DNA of 64,000 nt from the human T2T-CHM13v2.0 reference genome, Homo sapiens: NCBI RefSeq assembly GCF_009914755.1, contig NC_060935.1; one strand, written 5' to 3'. This document shows, in pieces, positions 54,563 through 64,000 of this stretch. Both the position numbers and the translations under genes were made by a program. The first letter of the stretch is position 1; the number at the start of each line of letters is the position of its first letter. Below the pieces are notes generated by a model that saw only the letters and a program-made list of their open reading frames with translations, was not told where the DNA came from and did no database searches.

Positions 54563-56873
54563 AGAGGAGTAAGATTTGGAATGCTGAGAACTAAAACTAG
54601 TCAGTCAATTTTCCTCTCTGGTATTTTCCCCTTGTGCATTCAAACTCATGTTTTGAAATGCCACTTTTCAGCTAGTTGTCTGAGAGCTGTAGAAATCAAT
54701 CACCAGTCATTTCCCTTCTGGGTGAGCTCCTGAAAAAAGTTTTTATCAAAACATCTGTGAAACCTAAATCCTAGAAATATCAGATTTTAAACCCAAGATT
54801 TTGAAACTTGGGTGGGGTAAGGGAAGTTACAGTTCCATATACAAAGTTTACTATCTGGTGAATCTAGGGAAGGCAAGCACTTACAATTATCAACTATATT
54901 ATTCTATGACTGTAAGTGGGCTGCAGCAGTGGGTACAGGTACTAATAAAGATAATGATAATATTAACAAGTATTTGCTGGAAATCTGTAACATACTTGTT
55001 ATTTAATACAGTTAAAAAAAGAAAGTAGACATTTTTTAAAAGATCATTCTCCGAAATAATTCAGCTTTGGAAGACATAATTCAACAAACAAGAGTAAAGA
55101 ATACAATGAAAATACCTATATCTAAATAGTATTCACATAGGAGCCTTCAGGTCAAATCATAAAATAAGTAATATGCACAAGGTAGTCCACTGGGCATCAA
55201 AGAGAAACACAGAACAAATATTGCTCACGTTTTGTTCCAGAACAACTTTTGTTAATTTAAAACATCTTGGAGAGACACTAAATAAATTAATGCATTCCAC
55301 CTACCAAATGGCAACCCATCAACTATCAAAAGTGAGGTAAAGTTTTAACTATCAGATTAAGATGAATAATGCATTTCAAACAGAAAAAGGGGTATAAGAG
55401 ATAGATACGAGGATAGCGATATGAATACTTGTATTATAAAACTATAATCTGGATGTCATAAGAGAGGATATAAAAGTTTCTGCTTTATTGTCTCCATCAA
55501 CATAATTTTTGGTACCCAAATCTTTCAAAGACCAAGATTTCCCCCTGATAGGGTCCAGGATGACTAAAGTGGGCTTTTGAAGATAAAGTTGCCACTCCTT
55601 CTATTCGACCTTCAGAAGATGTTGACTGCCTCTGTGTTCTCCCCTATGGCACCAGCTGACCTCTTTCAGGGTGTTGGAGCTTGCTGTTCCCTCAAAGAAT
55701 CACTCTTTTATGGCCCCTGCACTAACCCCAGGGCTTCTGCATTTGCTGATGCTCCATCCCCATTCCCACAGGAATCGATTCTTCTCTCCATAAGGAAGAA
55801 AAGAGTCGCCTCCAACATTGTTATGACTCATGAGATCGCAAACAGGAAAGCCTCATTCTTTCAGGTTCTTATGATGTCCTTGATGTTGTCAATTAGTTAA
55901 TTGCCTTGTTCTTGTCATTTTCAACAGCTACCCTTCCTGGCATGGAAATCAGCATGTTTCCCGAGGAGCTAGGCCAAAGGCAAAACAGGCAAGATTCTAC
56001 AGAGAGTGACACTCAAAATCACCTTCCTCCAACCTCAGTGCTCAAGCAGTGTCCCTGAGCTATTTCGCAGATAGACTCTGTTCTAGGAAACTATTTTTCT
56101 CTCCTATCTGGTATATTACTTAAACATGACAGGTTTTACCCTTAATGTTTTAGAAGTATCAGTCCTGAGGCTAATCATTGTTAGTTGCTGTGATGACAAT
56201 TATCTAAAATATCATACTTGGCTCTCCTAGTCATGTTTAAATTCCTTTAAAGAACTCATAGAACAGACACTTTTCGGTCATCCTGACTTTCAATAAGTAT
56301 ATTTAATTGGGAGGCAAGTATTATAGAATTGGTATCTAATACAATGTTATATATAACTTCTATTCTGTGATAAATATTTAAAGGCAGTAATCATAAGTAA
56401 AAACCCACTTTCTATACATATAAGGAGTTTTATGAGCTAAAATCCATTTTAAAAAGAGTTACAAATACTGAGATATATAAAATATGTAAGATGCAAACCA
56501 CTATTGTGAGAAAGTTGAAAGTAAACATGGGAATACATTTCACTTTTAATGTGAAGATCCTTAACACACCCCATGGAAAAAGAGATGAAATGTATTTTTT
56601 ATGTAAGTGTACTTAAATATTCCAGACAATTTCATCACCAGGAGATTAGAAATATGACTAAGTAAAATAGAATCAACTGGTACTAACTCTGAACACAATA
56701 TAATAAATGGACAAAAACCAGGTTTGTTGAGGACAAATTTTTATATTTGTTTCTACAGATAGAATGAGAAATGAGAGTTCTCAGAATTTTGGCCACGTAC
56801 ACTCAAGTAAAATGCCTTATTACTGAACAATCCATAAGGAACAAGAAGCCTTGAAATCAAGCTAGACAGAAAA

Positions 56874-56911
56874 TGTGAAGCTATTGACAATTTGTGAAAC
56901 TATTGACAATT
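56874..56911 (+). repeat. 19-bp tandem duplication
   Basis: TGTGAA(G/A)CTATTGACAATT x2. Confidence 0.92.
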
Positions 56912-58143
56912 GTCCCTGTAGCATCTCAAATTGAGCAGTAGCAACTTTTATATGCAATAGAGTTACTGTGGTTAGAGATAAATCTCCCTTAAGCCTTATC
57001 AGTTATTGACCTATAAATGTGATATGATACATTGCCAAAGATACTGAAATTTCCTATATCTCTTGGGAAACAATGGAAGAAATAAAATTAAAATTGACAA
57101 CCATTGTAAAGGTTGGTCAGAATTATTTTAAAAATGAGTAATGTATATACTGGGATTTTAATTTTGCAATCAAAGCCCACATTTCTTTTATATACATATC
57201 AGTCAGATTTGTCTGAATTAAGTTCATCTAATATATATTTTAAAAATATACATTCCAATGAGGTTATTGTTCAGAAAATAAGCATATGTTTTTCTAATGA
57301 TTTGTAGAGATAAAGAAGCCCTCCAGCAGCACTGCATTTCAGGATGAGCAGATGGAAAGTTTACTTTTATGGGAGGGTTTTCCAAAGTTGACTCCTCGTA
57401 ATTCAGAAGGGTAGGAGTGAATGTTATTTTCTGCTCTAAGAGTTAGCACATGTACTGTACAAGTATGACACCCATCATCTCACTGTCACTGCTGGAAGTT
57501 TGTAGGAGTATTTGAAAAAAAATGCATCTCATGAGAGCATGTGCTGTTGTATGTAACAATATACTTTGGTGTCTGACTGGTCTCTTGGGCAATTATTGCT
57601 TATTTATTTGCTTCCTTTTGCTTTATTTGCCAGCAATTGTTTTGGTTTGCCTGTTTCTTCTTGCATATAAAAAAATTCAGTGATTAACACTAAACAAAGG
57701 TAAATTATAGCATTTAAGTTAATCTGATTATTTATACGTGTACATAAATGGTATTGTCAAGCAATTTCCATTGGGAAGTACTATGAATGGGTTGGTAATA
57801 AGTCTAGTCTAAATTTCTACTTATGTAAATCTCAAGACAATCAAAGCCTGAAATGTTGCTCTCCATTTTTTCTATTTCTTTCAACTTTGGTAATATGAAC
57901 ACATGATAAAAATGACAACAAGGTCAGTACAACTTTAGCAAAATCATTTTTTGTCATGTCAATGCATTCTGGGCCATTTGAACGTAAAAGTGTCTTAGAG
58001 AAAAGCAAAAGCTTTTCATAATAACAGTAAAAATATATCAAAACTCAGAAGTCAACATGATATTAGAAAAAAGAGCACATAGGTTTTAGAATCAGACATA
58101 TCAGGCTGGGTTGTAATCCCAGCCTTGCTACTTATAATGTGGC

Positions 58144-58521
58144 TGATAATGGTTTAGATTTGTGTCCCTGCCCAAATCTCATGGTGAATTGTAATCCCCA
58201 ATATTGGAGAAGGTGATTGGATTATGGGGGTGGATTTTCCCCTTGCTGTTCTCATGATAGTGAGTGAGTTCTCACAAGATCTGGTTGCTTCAAAGTGTGT
58301 AGCATCTCCCACTTCACTCTCTTCCTCATGGTTTGGCCATGTAAGATATGCCTGCTTCTCCTTCACCTTCTGCCATGAATGTAAGTTTCCTGAGGCTTCC
58401 CCCAGCCCTGCTTCCTGTATAGCCTGTAAAACCATGAGCCAATTAAACCTCTTTTCTTTGTAAATTACCCAGTTTCAGGTATTTCTTTATATAAATAGCA
58501 TTGTGAGAACAGACTAATACA
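58144..58521 (+). mobile_element. MSTA-like MaLR solo LTR
   Basis: TGATAATGGTTTAGATTTGTGTCCC...GACTAATACA; 5-bp TSD GTGGC. Confidence 0.93.
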
Positions 58522-58594
58522 GTGGCTTTGGGGAAATTAATATTTTTCATTTTTTTAAATGAGGAGAAAAATGGAGACAAATACACTTGCCTCC

Positions 58595-59110
58595 AACAAT
58601 TCTACTTCTGGTTATATAATCAAAAGAATTGAAAGCAGGGATTTGAACAAATACTTGTATGCTAGTGTTCATAGCAGCATTATTTACAATAGCTAAAAGG
58701 TGACAACAATCCAAATGTCCATCAACAGGTGAATAAAAAATGGTATATACATACAATGGAATATTGCTAAGCCATAAAAAGGAATGAAAGTTTGATACAT
58801 GCTATAACATGAGTGAAACTTTAAAATTTTATGTCAAATAAGACAAAAAGGGACAAATACTGTACCATTCCACTTATATGAGCTAACTAGAGTAGATAAA
58901 TTCAAAGAGACAGAAAATAAGATAGAGGTAACCAGGGGCTGAGGGAAGGGAGAAGTGGGAATGCAAAGTTGGTTAATGGGTGAAGAGTTTCTGTTTTGGA
59001 TGATGAAAAAGTTCTGGAAATGGAGAGTGATGATTAACGCTACTGCATTGTACACATAAAATAGTTAAAATAGTAAATTTTATGTTATATGTATTTTACA
59101 ACAATAAAAA
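58595..59110 (+). mobile_element. L1MB 3' end
   Basis: ORF2 tail and L1MB 3'UTR (gatgatgaaaaagttctggaaatgga); TSD CACTTGCCTC on both sides. Confidence 0.88.
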
Positions 59111-59580
59111 GGCACTTGCCTCAAAGAGCTGTGAAGATTATATAGCCTATCTTTTAAAGTACTAGCACAAATAGGCATCTGACAAATGCAACTCAACTCA
59201 CCCCCAACTCCTTTTCCTTTCCTTTTTAGAGAATAGCACACGTGATTTTGAACAATGCTGAGTTAATTTACATTGGCAAAGAGAAAGTAAGAGAAACCAG
59301 GGGAGTCCATGTATATTGTCTTGATGAGAAATGTAAACACAAGTATTTTTACCAGAGAACTCCTGGCCCACTAGTGGCCCTTTGTATTAGATTGAAATGG
59401 CTCTGCAACTTCTCAATGAGTGATCTACATTCTGTTTCTGTAAATCCCGTGGGTTTTGAAACTATTTAAAATGGTGAGTACAAGTTAAGATTATTTTCCC
59501 TTACCAGAGAATGTAGTTTTGCCTTTCTTTGAAGCAATACTTGAAATAAATATAATTCACTCATTCACATAGTCCACAAA

Positions 59581-59793
59581 TTTTTTTTTTTTTTTTTGAG
59601 ACAGAGTCTCGCTCTTTCGCCCAGGCTGGAGTGCAGTGGCGTGATCTCTGCTCACTGCAAGCTCCGCCTCTCGGGTTCACGCCATTCTCCTGCCTCAGCC
59701 TCCCTGTAGCTGGGACTACAGGCGCCCACCACCACGCCCCGCTAATTTTTTGTATTTTTAGTAGAGATGGGGTTTCACCATGTTAGCCAGGAT
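59581..59793 (-). mobile_element. AluY-like, 5'-truncated
   Basis: Y diagnostics; stops at TTAGCCAGGAT; TSD TAG(T/A)CCACAAATTTTT at 59570-59585 and 59794-59809. Confidence 0.95.
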
Positions 59794-60061
59794 TAGACCA
59801 CAAATTTTTAATGAGCATTAAATGTGTAGGGAACAGAAGGCCCCAAGACTTGTAATACTAAGTCCTTATCCTTGGAAAATGTAGTAAAGACAAGAGATAA
59901 AAATAACAGATTTCCTTCTGCCTCCTGGAAATTCCTTAGGAATGTGTTCAAGCTCTATCCACACTATAAAATGCATTTTTGTTGCTTATATTGTCATTAA
60001 ACTTCACTTCTAGTTACCTCTTCTCTCTAGCTTCTCCTACAGCTCCCAATGGCTGTTTGAA

Positions 60062-60203
60062 ATATGTGTGTCTATATGTATTTATGTATATATACATAGG
60101 TATGTGTGTGCATATACAGGTATACACAAACACCTGCAAACATATCAATATATGCACAAATACATATTTGTTTGTGTATCTATAAACACACATACACACA
60201 CAT
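60062..60203. repeat. Degenerate (TA/TG/CA)n low-complexity tract
   Basis: Direct inspection. Confidence 0.75.
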
Positions 60204-60369
60204 AAAGAGAGGGAAGGTGAGAGAAAAAGAAGTTACTGGAAATTAACTCTAGTGCCTTCTCTATTACTCTTCTGTCTTTTTATTTGCAAAATAAGTGAAT
60301 TATGCTAATTTTCTCAAACCCCTCCGATGCTCCTTAGTCTAGTGTACTGTTTCTAACCTAATTATATTT

Positions 60370-60950
60370 CCTTTTCAAGGTTCACCAACAACTCTCCTGT
60401 TGTAGAATCCCAGAATCCAGTGGCCTTTTTCAGGCCAATTTCCTGTGAAGTTTTTGCTGTATTTGACAATGCTACTTTACCCATCATTTTTGAAATTCCC
60501 CATACCTTGATGTCTATCCTTCACACAATCTGATTCTTCCTCTTCATCTCAATCAGCTCCTCTGTGTATCACTCCATATTTTTTGTCCTATACCTAAACG
60601 CTGCAGTTCTCCAATACTCAATGCATTGTTCTATTTCCTTGTTTCTTTACAGCCTTGTCCTAGAAATGTCAGTTTAGGGTAGCCTATGACCTTCCAAACC
60701 ATACCTCCATTTTTATCCTTTGGCCTGACTTCCAAAACTTAGTTTTTTAAGATGACTAGTGAAAATTTTCACTTACATGTTTTGTCAACATCAAAAACAT
60801 TTTCAAAACCCAACTCATTAGTTTTTCCTGACCCTTTCCCCAAATTCATCTCCATAACTTTTTCATTGATCCAACTATTTGCTTGGGAAATTGGACTCAA
60901 AACTATCAATTCATCACTGATTTATCTATTGTTAGTTCTTCAACATGATA
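60370..60950 (+). mobile_element. L2 fragment
   Basis: tgctgtatttgaca...ttttgaaa; cctgacttcca...caaaacccaactca motifs. Confidence 0.55.
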
Positions 60951-61014
60951 TTCATAAATATTTAGGGAGCCTAAATTCCCACTGACTCCACCCTCACTGA
61001 GGTCCTCATCATAT

Positions 61015-62232
61015 TGAGAGGTAACAGCATGCTGGCAGCCCTCCCTCACTCTCAGTGCCTCCTCGACCTCTGCGCCCACTCTGGCCACCACTGGCCATGC
61101 TTGAGGAGCCCTTCAGCCCGCCGCTGCACTGTGGGAGCCCCTCTCTGGGCTGGCCGAGGCCAGAGCCAGCTCCCTCTGCTTGAAGGGAGGTGTGGAGGGA
61201 GAGGAGCAGTGGCCGTGGGCTTGGTGGGCCAGCACTCCAAATGGCCAGCCAGCACCGCCGGCCCTGGGCAGTGAGGGGCTTAGCACCCGGGCCAGCAGCT
61301 GCGGAGGGTGCGCCAGGTCCCCCAGCAGTGCCGCCCTGCTGCCACTGTGCTCGAATTCTTGCCAGGCTTTAGCTGCCTCCCCATGGGTAGGGCTCGGGAA
61401 CTGCAGCCCGCCATGCCCGAGCCTACCCCCAGCCGTGGGCTACTGCACTGCCCCAGCCTCTGCGGCGCCGGGTTCCATCTACCGCCCAAGGGCTGAGAAG
61501 TGTGGATGCATGGTGCAGGACTGGCAGGCATCTCTGCCTGTGTCCCAGGCGTGGGATCCACTAGGTGAAGCCAGCTGGGCTCCTGACTTTAGTGGAAACT
61601 TGGAGAACCTTTATGTCTAGCTAAGGGATTGTAAATACACCAATCAGCACTCTGTCTAGCTCAAGGTTTGTAAACATACCAATCAGCACCCTGTTGAAAT
61701 GGACCAATCAGCTCTCTGTAAAACACCAATCAGCTCTCTGTAAAATGGACCAATCATCAGGATGTGGGTGGGGCCAGATAAGGAAATAAAAGCAGGCTTC
61801 CCTAGCCAGCAGTGGCAATCTGCTTGGGTCCCATTCCACAGTGTGGAAGCTTTGTTCTTTCGCTGTTTTCAATAAATCTTGCTGCTGCTCATTATTTGGG
61901 TCTGCACTGCCTTTATGAGCTGCAACACTCACCAAGAAGGGCAGCTTCACTCCTGAGGCCAGCGAGACCATGAACCTACCTACTGGGAGGAATGAACAAC
62001 TCCAGACAAGCCACATTAAGAGCTGTAACACTCACCATGAAGGTCTGCAGCTTCACTCGTGAAGCCAGCAAGACCATGAACCCACCAGAAGGAAGAAACT
62101 CTGAACAGATCTGAACATCTGAAGGAACAAAGTCTGGACACACCACCTTTAAGAACTGTAACACTCACCGCGAGGGTATACGACTTCATTCTTGAAGTTA
62201 GCGAGACCAAGAACCCACCAATTCTGGACACA
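61015..62232 (+). mobile_element. LTR12 (ERV9) solo LTR
   Basis: TGAGAGGTAACAGCATGCTGGCAG start; GC-rich U3; CCAATCAG repeats; U5 repeats (aacactcacc); ends GGACACA. Confidence 0.96.
61640..61791 (+). promoter_or_regulatory. LTR12 NF-Y/GATA promoter module
   Basis: Five CCAAT boxes (61640, 61679, 61704, 61726, 61750), AGATAA at 61776, AATAAAA TATA-like box at ~61785. Confidence 0.75.
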
Positions 62233-62952
62233 AATAGCATGAGTGGATTACTTCAACAGCCCTCAGTTGTCCAGATTTCAATCTTTATTATAAGCTGCTA
62301 GAAGACCAATCTTCAATATTATGATGACTTAAAAGTTATGACTTTTTTAAAGATAGAATAATTAGAAATGATCAGAACAGACATTCTTCATGAACAACTC
62401 AGATCCATTCATTACTTCTTACTGTCTTCTACATCAAATAAAAAGTTTTGAATCTGGATTTGACATTTTTAATGAACTGAAATCACCCTCCCTACCTATG
62501 ATCTGCCTATTATTTCCCAGGATATAATTTACATTTAATTATCCAGTTAACCTCATGCCTACTCACTTGTTGGCCATACTTCGTGCATTAGTTTACCCCT
62601 CACTCCCTCTGCCTGGTGAAGTTTTGCCACCCCTCTAGAATTAACCAAAAGCATTCTCTTTTATGGAACATTCAGGACTACTTTGCAACCTAATGTCACT
62701 TTCCTTTATCTAACATCTTTGCCTGTGTGATGTAATTTAGCACATAATGATATCCTTGATGATTATTTATCCTTAATTCAGTAGCCTCCATTTTGGTATA
62801 GTTCAGAATTTGTTTCTAGAGTTTAAATTTTTGCTTTGCTGTCTAGTAGATGCATGGCTTGCAGAAATTTTTACTTCTGAGTACAGTTTGGGTTTCTTCA
62901 AAGGGATAACTTTTCATAGTATTAATGGGAAATATAGTTGATATATAATAGT

Positions 62953-63386
62953 GATTAATTAACTATTGGTGCTATAACAATTAAGAGTGCTTAACCTCAC
63001 ATGTAGTAGCTCAAAATAACACAAACGTACTATCTTAGGAGGTAAGAAGTTTAAATGGGCAGGCAGGCCTGTGCTTATTCTGGAAGCTCTAGGGAAGAAT
63101 CCATTACCCTTCCTTTTCCATCATCCTAAGGCTGCCCACAGTACTTGGCTCACAGTCCCACATTACTGCAAACCTTGCTTCCATAGTCATATCTCCTCTG
63201 AATTTCCTGTCTCCCTCTTTCATTGATAAGGACCCTATGATCTTATTTGAGCTCTCAATATTCCAGGATAAACTTCCCAAATGAAGACCCTTAGTTTAAT
63301 CACATCTGCAAAGTCTCTTTTACCATGCAACATAACATATTTACAGGTTTTAGGAATGAGAATATAGACAACTTCAGTCTACTGCA
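62953..63386 (-). mobile_element. MLT1C-like MaLR LTR
   Basis: tctggaagctctagggaagaatcc...ttaatcacatctgcaaagtctctttt...taacatatttacagg. Confidence 0.82.
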
Positions 63387-64000
63387 TATTACCCAATATA
63401 TATCAGTTCCTTTCTCTCATCGCCTAAATTATAAACTACATAAAGACAAATATGAAACTTCATTCTCCCTTCTGTTGCCTTTCCAACATTTATCATGGTG
63501 CAAAGTTAACGGCAGATGCTAAAAGAAAGGACTGTTAATTTTTATCAAACTCTATGTCATATTTGATGGGATTGAATTATTCACTCCTGTCTCCATTACA
63601 CAGCCCATTTTGTAGGACAGTTACATACAGACCCTACAGGCTAGCACAGAAAACAGCAACAACATATTTCAATCCATCCCCAGTAGGGCTAATTCAAGAT
63701 TTTCATTTGTCCAGCCCTACAATAACTTTTTTGTTCTAATTTGTTTGGGTAATTTCACCTGACTTCTCAGAATTTTCTTTCATAAAAAATATATAATTTG
63801 TCATTTTGTCATTTACAATTCCATATGTCAACTAAGAATTTGAGGAACACATTTATTCCTCATATGAAAATAGAAATTCTATTACAAAGTCATAATTTTT
63901 AAATAAATTATTATTTTAGAAAACCAACCTCTAACTACAAATGGTTAAGAGAATATGTTTTCTTTTTTGCTTTTAAGCTTCACAAGGTGGTATACAGTGT

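Larger units (their letters stand above)
58065..59190 (+). mobile_element. One MIR split into three pieces by MSTA and L1MB insertions
   Basis: MIR start (agagcacataggttttagaatcagac), middle (58527-58594) and end (59123-59190) are collinear once the insertions are removed. Confidence 0.65.

Noticed and set aside
57308-57410. 103-nt AG...GT segment with one open frame
   Set aside because: Weak splice signals and unrecognised peptide; expected by chance
61014-61620. GC-rich ORFs up to 146 aa as a gene or CpG-island promoter
   Set aside because: Entirely inside LTR12 U3; the ORFs are a by-product of high GC
61610-62180. CRISPR-like repeat-spacer pattern
   Set aside because: These are the normal U3/U5 tandem repeats of LTR12 in eukaryotic DNA

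Overview
Primate (human-like) genomic DNA that is AT-rich, CpG-poor and dominated by transposable elements. I can support no protein-coding gene, RNA gene or CRISPR array. Every recognisable ORF in the track comes from L1, Alu, Tigger or LTR sequence. Main contents: (1) a MER4-family ERV1 provirus with both LTRs, a tRNA-Arg primer-binding site and nested LTR8 and AluJ (6249-13228); (2) a close inverted Alu pair (14335-15106); (3) a twin-primed, 5'-inverted L1PA (27830-28908); (4) a ~9 kb nested stack, L1ME > L1MA/MB > Tigger2 > L1PA elements > MLT2A (29440-38630), which contains a perfect 52-bp-arm palindrome built from smaller palindromes (33106-33216) and a deletion cutting three layers; (5) a two-LTR MLT1H-type MaLR provirus (49229-51568); (6) an LTR12 (ERV9) solo LTR (61015-62232); plus many MIR, L2, MaLR and Alu copies. 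Subfamily names come from recalled consensus sequences and should be confirmed with RepeatMasker/Dfam. I found no convincing new biological system; the best candidates are structural or regulatory oddities.
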